Shown: piece by piece, positions 27,744 to 42,186 of the stretch
Numbering within the stretch: the stretch's first letter is position 1
Layout of the letters: each line of letters starts with the position of its first letter
Origin: the human T2T-CHM13v2.0 reference genome, Homo sapiens
Assembly (NCBI RefSeq): GCF_009914755.1
Contig: NC_060929.1
Strand: one strand, 5' to 3'
DNA: 64,000 nucleotides
The notes under the pieces: model-generated
Told to the model about the DNA's origin: nothing
What the model saw: the letters and a program-made list of their open reading frames with translations, nothing else
Database searches by the model: none
Program-made: the position numbers and the translations under genes

Positions 27744-27800
27744 TTCATGTTTAATTTAACAAAACATTAAACATTTCATGTTTAATTTAATGAAACATTA
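27744..27800. repeat. 31-bp tandem duplication
   Basis: TTCATGTTTAATTTAA(CA/TG)AAACATTA at 27744 and 27775. Confidence 0.9.
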
Positions 27801-30800
27801 GAGCACTAGGATTTGTCACCTTCATGACAGAATGTCAGAACTGTGGGATAGTTTCAGAATATATGTTCTTTCTACAGAATTCACATGTCACACTGGAGAT
27901 GTTTCACATGCAAAGGCCTTTACTTTTTTCCAGGGGTCTTTTTTTTTCCTCTCTAATAAAAGAAGGAGAAGCAAAGAAGCAAGTAGAACAACAAAAACAA
28001 CAACACATTAGGCATGCACTACTAGTCTAGCTAATTGTAGGGGGGCTATTAGCAGGCATTTAGGCAAATCGATTAACATTTAGCATCAGTACCAATGCAA
28101 TTGCATTTCTACTTTTTGTGCTTCTGACAAAATAAGCACACAGATCTTCAGGACAAGAAAAGAACGGACGTTGGAACCATTTGTTAGGTGATAAACGTTT
28201 TATTAAACCCATTTGGATTTTTTAATGAACTATTTGAGAAAGTGGGGTGAGATCTTTGGAAAAAAATAGGTAAATGTATCCGTTTGATAAAGGTTGTTAC
28301 CAGTGTGAGAGAGGCAACCCTTTGTACTGCATCGCTTGCCAGATTTTTTTCTTAGTCTGGAAAATGTGGTCGGAGATTGATAGTGCTAGTTTGCCTTTGG
28401 CCTGTGATGGGAAATTTCCCTTTTTTTTGTATTTCAAAGTGCTGAAATAGAGATATGCCCTACCTCTCTGTCCATATTTTGCAGATTGGTGGAGCTCTAT
28501 TTTCATCAGATGCTTAGAATGCTTAGCTCTTTTCCATGAAAAACAAAAATTGATGTTTGGGCAGTGAAGGTAATTACCGATCCATAAAGCATGCATGTGT
28601 GTGTGCATATATGTAATTATACATGTGTACCCACCCACACACTCACACACACGCACACACAGACACACACAATGTACAAGTCTACAAACCCTTCCCCTCA
28701 CCCCCCTGCCACCAAATTCTCCTTCTATTCATTTGAATTGCCTCCTGCACCATTTCTGGAATGCTGTATAAAACACAATGGAGATTTATGCAAGGGCAGT
28801 ATTTTCTTTTGTGATGACAGGAGTGCGAATGGCTCTCCTGTTATTATATACTCAGCCTGAATGTGCTGCTTCCTTGGGTACCTTGAAGTGGCTGAGACCA
28901 GATGCTTCAGAGAGAAATGTCATATTCATGCAATTCAGAGGAGCATATGGCAAGAGAAAAATCGTTGTGACAGTTGCTGACCTGTGGAGCAAGTCACTTT
29001 TTTAACCCTTAAAAAATAGTTTTAACCCTATCCTAAATAGCCACAGATACATTATTTAGTTGAAGAATTTTCTAATTCTCCTGTATGTTGCATTCTGGAA
29101 AAAGCCTGCAATGGGGGCTGGGGAAGTAGAGAAGCTGCCCTGGCCATGGTAGGTTGGACGGCCTCTCCTACTCACACCCTACTCTCAGGGCTACATCCAC
29201 ACTTCTCTCAGCCTCTGGGTCCAAAGGCTGAAATTCAGAACGGTGTGACCCACCTTACCTAATTCAGGTTTGTGATGGCTCCCCTGCCTTCTCCCCGGGG
29301 AACTGAGGAGGACCCAGCAAAGCTCAGCCCTGCGTACTGTCCTGGAGGCCAGAGGCATCGCCTGCTGCCTTTGTCGTCCTTCATGACCACCATCCTAACC
29401 CACAGATAGCACAGAGGTAGCAGAAGTTGCCAAGGAGGTCCCTTCACTTCATAAGGCCTCTTTTAATCCCTGCCTATGTGCCTGACACTCTGACAGACCC
29501 CGGGAAGGAAAGCAAGTGTGATATGCCTCACCCTGCCACCACCACCAAGGATCTCCTAGTGTCATGTAGAAGATCTGTGAACAAAAATGGAACAAAGCAT
29601 TGTCTTCAGTGCCATGAGGGCTGAGAGAGGAAAGCCTTGTATGGCCACAGGTATTATGTGGGTGCAGGGGAGAGAGCTGGCAACCCTCAGAGCTCAGAGA
29701 GGTCAGAACAAGCTTCATAGATGCAGTTTTTTTAAGAGAACTGGCCTGGCAGATTCTCCTGGAAGCCAAGGGGCAGGGGTCTCCACACCCAGAACATGGC
29801 AGATGCTTAGCAAATCAAGGAACTTCAAGTACTGAGTTCAGTAAAGCTGGCACCCAAGGCATGAGGAAGGCAAAAGATTGTACTAGAAAGATAAGCAGAG
29901 CCCTGTGGTGAATGGCTTTCCATATCATCAAGTCTAAGTCTTCTCTAATCTGCCACATCCTCATAAATCTGAGACAGACAGCCAGCTCATAGCCGTAAGG
30001 AAAGTGAGGGTTGAGCATATCAAAACAACAGTATGGTTTATGTGAACACACCTAAGTTTTACAATGTCCACAACTAATTCAACGTTTCAAAAAATGCTGG
30101 CTACCCCTGTGTGAGCCAAACTAACGCCATGTGCATGTTTCAGATGGAGTCTGGGGGCTACCAGTTTGCAACCTCTGCAAATAGTCAACAGGCGCCTGCA
30201 AAGGGAACTCACCCTACCACTAACTTGCTTCTTATCTGAAAAGATTTTGGAGAAGAGCTTTGACAAATACAGAAAGAGTGTGTTTGGAGACAAATTTTCA
30301 AGCGTCCCCACTTGGAAATCTGGTTGGGAGGGAGGCAAATATATATGTTCATATTCCTATCTGGATTTATATTTTTACATATTTGTGTAATGGTGGGTGT
30401 GTTCTGCTTCCTTCGTATAGTCAAAGCTTCTGGAGGTGGAATCCAAAAGGAAGGTCAAAATTCTGACTCTGTAGATAGACACATAATCCAGCAGATCACA
30501 GCTAATGAGTACCTCTTTGCATAGTGCGTGTAGTACATGGGTTTCTGCAGGGGGGTGGGGTTCTTGGTGGGGTTTTTTTATGTTTTAATTTCCTCATCAG
30601 CCATTTAACTTTATGCCATATGGTGATGGCAGAGCTGTCCCCACTTCTGTGAGAAGACCCTAGTGGTTCCATGAACATCTTTTGAGAAAGCAGACCCACT
30701 GAGCGTTTGCTTAGAAGAGCAGAAGGGAGGCTGGGGAGGATGCAGTAGCCATCTCCTTTTCATCTTCATCTCCTAGACCTTAACTCATCTGCTACCATTT

Positions 30801-31929
30801 GACTGGCATTGTCATCTAGCTCCTCTGGCGTGCACACACACATGCATAGGCAGTGTCAGTCTGTTGGCAGCACCTCCCAGGACAGACTTGCGATCCCACG
30901 GGCTCTGCAGTCCCAAATTGCTAGGGCTCTCTTTTGAGTTAAGTGTCAGGCTGGCCATGGAAACCTGGGATTGGGCCCTGGCTGCCTTAGTGGCTTTGAG
31001 TAAGAGGGCCGGGCATTTAATATTTGTTGAAGTGACTGAGCTCTCAGTGCGCTCATTTATCTGTCTGAATAGTGGATAGTAATACTTCTCAGCTCCATGG
31101 AGATAATGGTAATGATAATTAAAAAAAAAAAAAAACAACTGTGACCCAGGTATCAGCTCAAACCCATCTCCACAGACCATTCCCACATTCTGGGTGTTCC
31201 CTGAGCTCCTGTGCTCAAGCTCATGTTTGTTCATTTTTCAGCACTTACTCCTTCCCGCAGCCCAACACGTCGTGTACCTGTACCTTTCTCTCCACCCCAA
31301 GCTGCTCCAGTTGTAGAATTTGGCCTCTTACCCCTAGCATGTGCAAAAAAACAAACAAACTAGCAAACAAAATCTCAGGCAGACAAAATCATCCACCCAA
31401 AACCTTGTGTGGAACAGACTTTACTGAAAGTTTGGAGAAAATGAAGAATTGAGAGTTTCATATGCCAGCAATAAAAAGAAGTTTAAATAGAATATTCAAC
31501 ACCTCTCTTCTTCAAGAGTGCTTGGGTCAGTTCTGACTAACTGGGGCTCCAGCTCCCTGCCAGGTTCCCTGCTGCATTTCTATTTCTTCCGATTGGCCAG
31601 AAATTCAAATGGATTTCACTATATTTTTGCAGAGCAGCTCAGCACTCTCCACCTGCACCCAAAAAGCCAGCACTTTCTTCCTTCTTCATAGACCCCTTGA
31701 TAGACTCTGCAAAAGGAAAACTATAGCATAGAGATTTATTTCCCCAAAGATGTTAATAGCACCATTTCCTGTCACTAACCTTCAAGCCAAGAAAGGAAAA
31801 GTTGTTACATTTTTGTTTTCAAAAACACTTTTTCTGACACATAATACTTTACTATGTATTTCCTTACATTTTTAATATCCTTCCCACCTGATTGATTAAT
31901 TAATTGATTGATTAAGGGATCAATTAAAA

Positions 31930-32130
31930 AGGCAGTGTGGCCAAAGGTTAAGAGCACAGACTCAGGAGCTCTGCTGCTTACTAGTGACTCTGAGCAAGTT
32001 ACTTAAGTTCTCTGAGCTTTGGTAAAGGCGGATAGTCAAGGTACCTCCCTGATATCCCAGCCATGTGGTTAAATGAGATCATGCACATTGAGGTGCTGAT
32101 TTCAGAACCTGGCACGTGCAATGGTTATTT
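31930..32130 (+). mobile_element. MIR SINE
   Basis: GGTTAAGAGCACAGACTC...GAGCAAGTTACTTAAGTTCTCTGAGC. Confidence 0.75.
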
Positions 32131-33199
32131 CCTTTGTCTACAGTCAATGGCAGCATTTCATTTTCATCCAAATTTTATAATAGAATGTTTTCTCTATTTC
32201 CAAAATGATTTCAGGTTAAATGGGTAGTGTGCTGGGATTCTGGCACAAGCCAGATTGCACCTTGCCCCACCAAGTAGAAACTGACTGTATCCATCCTCCA
32301 TCCTCAAGACAGAAGCCAGATGGCCTCCTGTCCTCCCCTAAGTAGTCTTCAGTTTCATGTATGTTTCTCTGTAGTGGCCTTCCCACTGCTGCTGTTTTAA
32401 CCAGATAACGAAAAAATCCAAGGTGGTTCGGAATAACCGGCATTGGCTGAACTTTTTTCCAACCAATGTTACTAGAAACATAATTGCTCAGAATTAACAC
32501 TCTCATCTTCAGTGGAACAGAATGCAATTGTTTGCTCTTGGTTTGAGTCCTCAGAGTGGGGCTGGTAGGGGGCAAGGAACAATTATTGCAACTAAATTTT
32601 AATCAACAGTTTCAGTAACAATATTGAATTAAAAAGGTACTAGCTACTAGTTAGAGCATGGCTTAACTTGTACACAGGCAAATCAGTCATTCTGTGGTGA
32701 TTAACATCTATTCAGAACAGAGAATGTATTCTGGGTACTAAATTACCATAGGAATTAATGCAGTATTTTTAAAGGGCTTAAAATATGTTAATAAATACAG
32801 TATTGTAGCACCTGCAGCTGAAGGAACCAAAGTCATTAAAGATGGATATAATTATATTTATTATGGCAAGGAGCTAGGTGGGCGGGGGGGGGGGGAACAG
32901 TTTAATGAGCGTGAATGAAATAGAGGTTCTTTATTTAAAACTTCTTACCTAAGGAAACTGTTCCCTTTGAGGAGTTGAGTTATTGCCTGAAATCACTGAA
33001 TGAAAGAACTATACAAAAAGTTAATCAGGGATAATTTTCCAACCTCTGGACAATGAACTTCAGAGGTCTACTGGGGTCATAGCAAAACTCTCCACCTTTT
33101 TCCCTTTGAACTTACCATGGAATCCCTCTTCCCCTGCTGTGCCCTGTAGGATCCCTGTGATGTCTGCCACTTTGCCAACTTCAGTTTCCACTGCCTTCC

Positions 33200-33830
33200 C
33201 ACACCTGCCCCACCCAAATGCCACACCCACCTTGCAGTTGCTCAAACAATCCCTTATCCAACCTCAGGGCCTCAGCACATACTTTTGCCTCTACATGACA
33301 TTTATTTTGCAACCACTTCAATAGCACTTGGCCAGGCTTTGTCCTAGACAAATGTTAAATACTATCTAATTTAATCCTCAGGAAAGCCTTACAGATTAGA
33401 TCCCATTATCATCACCGTTTTACAGATGAGGAAAAGAAGTCAGTGAAGGGCTAAGGGGCTTGCCATAGGTCCTGCTGACTTGAAGTTCTCTTCACCACCA
33501 AAGTTCTGCTGCATCTTTGTAGGACCGGCTACTCTCATCCCTCAGATCTCAGCTCCGATGCTGTCCCTGACCCCTTTATCTAAACTCTCCTTTCCCCCAA
33601 CCCCATCCCCAGTTGCTCTGTTTCAGGATCCAGTTTGTTCTTTGCAGCACCTGTCACACCATTTTAAGCGATAGTCTGCATGTGTATTTTTAGTTATAAT
33701 TTTCCTTCTCTTGCACTAGGATCATGCCCATAAAGGCAGCAACTGTTTTTGTTTGATGCTGCGTCCTCAGCCCTGTTGAAGTAACTGACACTTAATATAT
33801 CCTGAATAAATATTTGTTTAATGAGTCCTT
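33200..33830 (+). mobile_element. L2 3' fragment interrupted by an antisense MIR (~33320-33480)
   Basis: L2 tail AATAAATATTTGTTTAATGA; MIR core TTTTACAGATGAGGAAA. Confidence 0.6.
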
Positions 33831-34819
33831 GAACTCATGTGTTCACTATTTGCTGTCTGTAGCCAATAATAAATGATATTCTTAATCTATTTACCTACAT
33901 AGACAGATAGACGAAAAAATATATTTATTTTTCAAATTATCTGATGACTAAAATATAATTTTATTAGGAAGGGTAATCCTCTTTAGGAATTAAAAATTTT
34001 CTTAGCTGATTGATATAAAAATGGCAGTCTAAAATAACCATTTCTATAAGAAATCTGGGCCCTTTTACATAGAAGGTTGGGAATTGATGATTAAAGATAA
34101 CTTCTATTTGACAAATAAGAAATAGGAGAACATGAGAGGAAGAACCACAGGCTCAAGGTGTGGAGCTGGTTAAGACAGGGTTCTCTGGCTCTTGGTTTCA
34201 CATTGTTTCTGCCCATCTGCCTTGCCTCTTGTCGCCTATGTTGATAGCATCTGGAGAAGCCCATCAGAAACAGAGGAGCTTTTTCCGGACTGGCTCTTGC
34301 TGCTACTGAGAGTGTTGTGCTTGGCAGGTCAGGAGCAGTGGATTGAAGCTCTCTTATTTTCTTAAATCTTGGGGGTGTTCAAGGTGAAAATTAACTGTCT
34401 GCCTATCCTCGTGGTGAAATGCATTTGAAATGCTATTTCCTCTTATGAAGAAGAAGAAAAGTAAACAAACACACATCGTGTGGAATTAAAAATGGAGGTC
34501 CCAGAGCTGCATATCACACCTACAGTGAGACACCAGCCTTAAAGAAACTGCCTCATGTTCCTGGCTTGCCAGCTTGTTGAGGATACAGTCTGGCTACTAA
34601 AACCCCTAGCACCACAATCCTTTACAATATAGGAGACATGAACCACACACTGAGCATCTGATTAAAGTTGGGGGTTCTATGCCCAGAGAAAAACAACATG
34701 TGTAAACATGAAGCAATTTGCACATTGTTTCAGGGAACCCACAGACATTCTTTTGTCAATTTCGTGGATCTCTAGAGGCCCATGAATTCCAGTTTAAGAA
34801 GACCTGGTAGCATAGAACA

Positions 34820-35040
34820 CCTAGTAATGTTAATTATAATAGGTAATATTTATTAGGCAATTATAATGTGGCAGATATCTGACATATATATAATAATTAT
34901 ACATTTTTTTCATTTAGCTTTCAGATGTAACATTTGTTTCCATTATGCAGATGAGAAAACTGAGGCACAGAAAAGCTAAATAAGCCAGAAAGTGTTGGAG
35001 CCTGGATTAGAATCCAGTTGGTCTGATACTAGAACCTCTG
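34820..35040 (-). mobile_element. MIR SINE
   Basis: CAGATGAGAAAACTGAGGCACAGA. Confidence 0.75.
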
Positions 35041-35982
35041 ACAAAGGCAGGCACAGAAAGTTTACCTAAAGCAGACTTTCATTAGCTGGCATGTGACACC
35101 ATGAGGAATCCCATGGTGGGAAAGAGAGGCTATGCAGAACACCTTCAGAGCGTCAGTGAAGGCCACAAAGGGCTGATGAATCCATATTGCAGGTCCTTCA
35201 GCTCCTCATGGAGAGGCAATCAAGATGGTCCCAGGATACCTCCTCTTGCCAAGAATTGCCTTCTATCCTCCTACATATTGGGGGACTGGAAAAATGCATT
35301 TCCATGTGACTTCACATCCTTAATCCACTAGGCTGGAGCTAAGAGTTCTTGGCATTTTATTGAGCCAAGTATTCAGAATACTTTCAATTTAAGAATGTCT
35401 ATCATCAAATGGGCAGATGGGTGCTATCTGACTGTGAAACTCTCTCAGGAATATTTAGATTGGACTGGATTGTCAGCCTATTTTATGAGAGGCTATTAGA
35501 GTGAGATGTGTTTAATTATTTCTTTCATTTCTTAAGAGTATACATAGTATCCTTTAGAAGTTGCTTGATAATGTTTTTTTATCATTTTTTCTGCTTTCTT
35601 TTTTAAAGAGAGCAGGCTCATTTTTACTTAGGAATGGGTATAATCTAACAAGTTAGAACTAATAACTAATGAAGTTAAATACCTCTCTGGATGTTTCTTT
35701 TCTATTGATTGAGCTATATTTAGTATCTTGTAATTAATATCCTAAGCACCTGCTTGGTTCTAGGCCCCTGGCATAATGAAGTGAATCAGAGACAGCCTGT
35801 GGCCTCAAGGAGTTTACAGTCTAGTAGGAGAGCAGGACGTGGAAACAAATCAATGTTGTGTACTATAGTGTGTGGCAGAGGAGGCAAACGAAAGAGAGAG
35901 TGGTCAGCTCAGGCTCAAAAGTTTATGACTGGCTGCAAAGACAGTCCTAGAGAAGCAGTTAAGAAAACTATGATCTCTAGAA

Positions 35983-36168
35983 CAGGAGTTCTCAAACTTG
36001 AGAGCACGTCTGAGTGCCTCAGAGGGCTTATTAAAACACACATTGATGGGCCCCAACCTCAGTTTCTCACTCACTGTATCCAGAGTGGGTCTCTGAATTT
36101 GCATTTCTAACAAGCTCTCAGAGGATGATGCTGCTGCTTGTCCAAGGAAAACACTTTGAGAACCACTG
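35983..36168 (+). mobile_element. MER5A hAT-Charlie MITE
   Basis: TIRs CAGGAGTTCTCAAA and TTTGAGAACCACTG; TSD-like CTCTAGAA/TTCTAGCT. Confidence 0.85.
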
Positions 36169-37839
36169 TTCTAGCTTCTCAGAGGAAAGAATATAGAAAA
36201 TGCTTGTGTTGTTTCCAGCTTTTTATCTCCTAAATTTTGAAATATCTCATTTCACCTCTGTCTGTCTTGCTCTGTGTTGTGAGTTTCCTTGTCAATATGT
36301 GTACTTCTGTTCTCTCTATGGGAAGTACAGCTCCGTGTTCTTCTGCAGGCTGTCTTCCTCTTTTTCTTCTTCTTCTCCTTCTCTCTTCCTTCTCCTCCTT
36401 CTTCTTCTTGTACCTAACTATGACCTCTGATTAGTAGGAATGGCTTATATAAATTTTGAATTGTATACATTCTTGTGGATGCAGGTCTGTGAGTATGAGT
36501 TTATTCTGAAACCAGCACTGTGGTCAGCATTATTCCTCACAATTGATCATGTCTCACAAAACACTTTGGACTCTGGGTAGACAATTAAATAAAGTAGCCA
36601 AATGGAAGACCCACTCATGCATATCTTCAGGTCCTCTGAGGTCTTATAGGGCCCATGTTATATTCCTAGTGGTTGCAGAGCATGCCAGGAAAGAAGACGA
36701 CCACCAAGCAAGCCTAAATCAGCTGCAAAAGAGTTCAGCACTTTTTTTTTTTTTTTTTTTTTTTAAGAATACTGCAGCCTTTCATAAACAGAGTCACGTT
36801 TTGGCCCCAATGCAATAAAAAGTATAAACTCATGTCAGAAAACAATACCAAGTTCCCACATTAATGAATCTTTCTCCTTTCTTTTATTCTTTTGGTCCAT
36901 TTTGCACAGGAAATAAGAACCTTGTGGACAGAAAGATCATCATTTGTCAATCCTTTTGCAGCAATTTTCCCAACAGTTCTTTCAGGTCTAAATGCTTTTA
37001 AGCATCTGTCAGTGTCATATAATAGCCTTAATGGGAGGAAACAACAACAACAACAACAATTTGCTGCATAAGGATGAAATGAGTGAGTGGCTCTCTTCTT
37101 CCTGGACTGCAGTGAAAATGATGGTCCTGTCCATATGTAGATTTCCACATGCAGCCGTGCAGTTATTGTTTGCACTCAGACCTTAAGTTGTCTGTAATTT
37201 TTATGTGTGTAGGAATGATGCCAATTGAGAGAGAATGGACGAAAAAAAAAAAAAATATTTAGCATCCCTGAGATGATATAAGTCAATAAACAGCTTGATT
37301 ACTAATTCATTCAGGAACAAAAATAATGGCTTTCTAAACTGAAACGACCAAATCCAATAACTAACTGTTTGTCAGGGCAGTAATAATGGTATTTGTATCT
37401 CTTTTAATTGGCTTTAACCTTTCCCTTCATGTGTGCAGTATTAAAAAATTAAAGAGGAAAGTGTTTAGAGGCAAAGATTTACGGCACTGCGTGGATTACA
37501 TGCTTTTAATGAGGTCAGGACAATAAACCATCTGAGCAGAAGCTGCTGCCCAACGATGAATTATTCCCTTTTACAATAGATAGACTACAGCAAGCGTGTG
37601 TGCACACACGCATGCTCACAGGCCCACACGCTTGTCTGTGTAGACCATGTGAAAGACCCCCAGCTTTGCTGTTGAGCTACCACAAGGTGTTTCCAGTTAC
37701 AAGGAGTGTTCAGAAAGTATCAAAATACAGAGCTGCAATACATTATGTAAAAAACAGAAAGTTGCAGAGCAAACTGCACGATGTTTATGTAAGATGTTAA
37801 TTCATTATGTCTGTGCATGTTAGCGTATATGTGCAAGTG

Positions 37840-37995
37840 TGGATGGATGGATGGAGGCAGGGATGGATGGATAGAGGGATGGAAGAATGTCAGTAAGGAT
37901 GGGGAGAGGAAAACAGGAAAGAAGAAGAAAAGTAAAAGAGGAAATAAAAGGAGAGAGAGGGAAAGGAGGGATGGAGGAAGGAAGAAGAAAGAAAT
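37840..37995. repeat. (GGAT)n and GA-rich low-complexity tract
   Basis: Read directly from sequence. Confidence 0.85.
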
Positions 37996-38035
37996 ATATG
38001 TAGAGAGAAATATTGATAATTTGGAAGCATACACA

Positions 38036-38230
38036 CAGGAGTGCACTGGAGCCAGCTTGTACTAGCTTGTAAAGGCCCATTGTGCAATACATCTTCTCAA
38101 TTCTGTCATATTCTTAACTTACAATTGTAGATAGTGACAGTATTTGCTGCACAGAAATCAGCAAATGCTACAGATCAGGGCTTTTTTTTCCTGCAGAGCC
38201 AATTTCTAAGCCTTTATCAGCACATCACTG
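38036..38230 (+). mobile_element. MER63-like hAT MITE
   Basis: CAGGAGTGCACTGGAGCCAGCTTG...CAGAAATCAGCAAATGCTACAGATCAGGGCTTTT...CAGCACATCACTG. Confidence 0.65.
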
Positions 38231-39229
38231 GACACCCACAAAATCATTCAGAGTGGTTCTATCTAGAAAGAGGGTTTAGTACAGAACTAAAAAGGGTACA
38301 TGGTACCGTTTTTAGAACTAGAAGGATACCCTTTTAGTAGAAAGGTATGTGAAGCCATTATGTTGGGAATGGGAAACAAGACATTTTTCCTCTTTATTTT
38401 ATACATTTATTTATTATTTGTAATTTTTATTAAGCATTTATTATTATTAAGCATCCATCAATTTTATAATGAAATATTTTATTTTATTAAAATGTATCCA
38501 CAAACGTTATTAAAACTTGTTTAGTAATAATAGAATTAATCACTTTACTTTAGGAGTCAGTTACAAATCCTTCATACAAGGAAACAAATTTCAGACAAAC
38601 AATAGGATCAAATGACCAAAGGACTTCAGACTCAACCAGAAGTGTGTCCTTTGATGGTGAAAATATCCTCAATCTTCCAGAGCAAAAGGAACATTCAAAA
38701 AGTGTTAACATAGATTGGTCCAGAAGAGTAGAGTGTTCAAAGTCAGATCCCATCTGATGACAAATTCTAGTGAAGAAAGTCACATGGCTCCTCCAAAGCT
38801 TATCTCCTCATGCTCATTGGTTGACCCGAACCTTATCGCAGTCTTTGCGTAATCAGCGGCCTAGATTTAGCAGTGTGAAACATCTCTAACAAAGAGAAAG
38901 GCACCACATTCCAGACACTAGAGCTGCAGTCCCATTGGAAACGCACCATCCTTGTGGGCCAGCCAGTCTGTCACTAACTGAAAAAAATGTTGACGCTTCC
39001 TTTTTGCCACTTTGACATGGTGTGATCTCTAATCAGCCTCAGTAAGCAACAGAGTAAAGAAGGTTCTCTGTTTCCCCTTCCTTCCCAAATCTTTCCCAAT
39101 TCCAGATGATATTCTACTTATGACCTCATTGCTCTCATTTCCTACAGACTCCTGTAAATGAAAGTCCCTGACTAGAAGCCCATACCTGAACTGTTAAGGA
39201 AAATAGATGCCTCATTTTACAAACACAAA

Positions 39230-39540
39230 CTCATTCATTCAACAAATGGTTCTAGATGCCTGGCTGTGGGTTAGATATGGGGATACAGTGGCAAACTTGT
39301 CAGGCAAGGACCTTGCTTTTATGGAGCTGACATTCTAGAAGGTGAGACAAACAGGTAAACCAATGAAAAATATCAGAGAATGAGTAATATTTGAAAAACG
39401 AGAAATAGGGGGATGTGATAGAGAGTAACAGGTACTTTACCTCCTCTGCTTTAGAGTGGCTAGAAGGAGTCACATTTCTGAGGAGGTAAATTTTGAACTG
39501 AGATGTCAGTGGCAGGAAGAAGCCAGCCATGTATAGATCT
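39230..39540 (-). mobile_element. L2 3' end, antisense
   Basis: CATTCATTCAACAAAT...ATGGAGCTGACATTCTAG. Confidence 0.75.
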
Positions 39541-39892
39541 TACTACAAAAAGTAGGTCCTGGCTCCTTTTATGGGGATTTTTCCTACACTCACTGAGGCC
39601 TTTTAAGACACAAGTCCAATGAATGGTAGACTGTAGATGCCTTCTTTATTTCCTGGTGACTATTTCAAAGCAAGCTTAGGAAGTCTTCACTGCTGTAAGT
39701 ACCTTTGAAAAATGTGCAAAATTGGGATCCATTGTGTATTTGAAGCTGATTTCATGTGCTTAAATATCTTGAAGGTTGTTTACTGGTTAGTGCTGTGAGT
39801 AGCATTGTTTCCATGAAAGAAAGAAAGACAAGGCAATCATAAGTTCAACTGCCATAAACTGGGCCATCTCACAGTTGTGTCTGTACAATTTC

Positions 39893-40201
<309 letters not shown>

Positions 40202-40234
40202 TTTGTGTCTGTACAATTTCAACTAAGGGACAAA

Positions 40235-40455
40235 GTGTTGGAGAGAAAGATGTTATAGGCTTTGAATCAAGAAATATCTGGGTTCAAATCCTCGCACTGC
40301 CCCTGAGCATGGTATTGACCCTCTCTGAGCATGTAGTACTCTCAACTTTAAGGTGAGGTTATAAAAATGCCCACATCATAGGGTCATGGTGAAAATGAAA
40401 TAAGGTTATGTTTATATAAAGTGCCTGGCTCTGAGTAGCCTGAAGCATCTACTTA
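40235..40455 (+). mobile_element. MIR SINE
   Basis: CTGGGTTCAAATCCT...CATAGGGTCATGGTGA...AAAGTGCCTGGC. Confidence 0.65.
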
Positions 40456-42098
40456 GAGAAGGTTCTAGAAATGTTGCTGAACGGTGTGATTCACCAGAGT
40501 GAGACTATCATCCCATGGGGACAGGGAGAATTCATTTATCTTTGCTTCAGTCTTTCTGTTGAATGCAGAGCTGCAATTTGGGACTTGATGTTGCAGCAAA
40601 GATTTCCTGATTGGGCAAGAAAATTGAGAATGCAGCTGTCATTCTTTTAGTATGATCCATAACAAAAGAAAAAAGAGATTGGGTACTCAGCCAGAGATAA
40701 ACCCATTCCTTTAATCCTTTACTTATTCAAGAGTTGCCCTCTGCCCCTCCTCTGCCTGAATCTTTTCCCCTCTTCTTTTAGTCCTTTTTAGTTCTTCCTG
40801 GAGAACCAGAAATAAAGCTTAGAACCAACTGGACAGAGTCCTTGAATTACATCACATGAGCAGTGCAATTTATGCAGCAAACTTCATTGCCTGAGAGTAG
40901 AATTGTAAGGACATGCATGAATGCTGACTATATTCCTAGGGGTAATGGAAGCTGCATATGAATATAGTAACTAAAAAAAAAAATCAAAAACCTTGGAAGA
41001 CAAATAAACATGGCAGAAGCAGCAAGACAATGTTTTTATGTTTTCACTTTTAATTGACTAAAAATATCAATACAACATATTCCTTGGACAGTCACCCCAA
41101 CACCCCTCCCCTTTTTAATGGAAACTAGGAGGTGGTTGGGAGGAAGAACACTCAATTGATAAAACAACAGTTACCCCTGGGAAGTGCAAGTAGAGGACTG
41201 GAAAGGACTGTATTTTTTTAAAATACACATCCACATTGTTTGATTTTTGTTTTGAACCAGCCTGCACTACATTTTAAAATTAAGAATATACCTTTTTTAA
41301 AACTGGTGGGGGAGAAGGAAGAAAGAGTTACTTTCTACACAAGATAGCAACGTTGTTTTTAAGTAAGTTTTATTAACAAGTGACAATTACTTTTTTATGA
41401 TACATTTAAGATAGTGAATTATGAATGACTGAAAATCCCCTCCAGCCTAACTGAGAACCATTATGTCTGGTAATTGCCACTGATTTCTGCAAACAGTCAT
41501 TTTTCTCTGGCCTATTAACATAATTTAAATTTTTAATTGCCCTTCATAATTGTCTATTGGAGTTAACAAACAGTCCCATTCACCTAAGGGTTTCCGACCA
41601 GGCCCTACCTCCAGGAACTCACACTGGAAACATCTAAGACCACTTGAGAATGCCATTAGGAGTTTGTGGATGGTCCAATTGAGGTGGCAGCCTCTGTGAC
41701 AAATTGTGACATCTTTTTAAGGACCCATCCAACTATGGAATAATATATTTTTGGATTTCTGTATCAAGTTTGCTCACTTTTGCTTTGTAGCTACCTGACA
41801 AAAAAATAATAAATAGAGAAAAAATGTCACACTTGTAACCATGTTCACCAGGACTTTCATCACATTGCCTTATCTGTTGCACTGGGATAAGTGTGAACAT
41901 TCTGGGAGAAGGACAGGTGCCAAGTGTTCATGTACTATAGGACTCACAGGTTAATTAAATCAGTGACATCAGAGAGGGGGGCAGAATTAACAGTAAAGAT
42001 ACATATTTATCTCAATATATGTGTGTATATACCCAACTCAGAAAAAAATGATCATAAAGTGCTTTAGTAGTTTTGTAGTTACATAAACTACAAACTGG

Positions 42099-42186
42099 CT
42101 ATCTCAGCCGGTTCTTTGACTACTTTGCATACTTTGATCATGCTCGGTTTTCTGAGAGGAGGCACTGGAAAATCTGCTTTTTTCAT
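42099..42186 (+). repeat. 88-bp dispersed direct repeat, copy 1 (probable inserted copy)
   Basis: 85 of 88 bases identical to 43912-43999. Confidence 0.95.
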
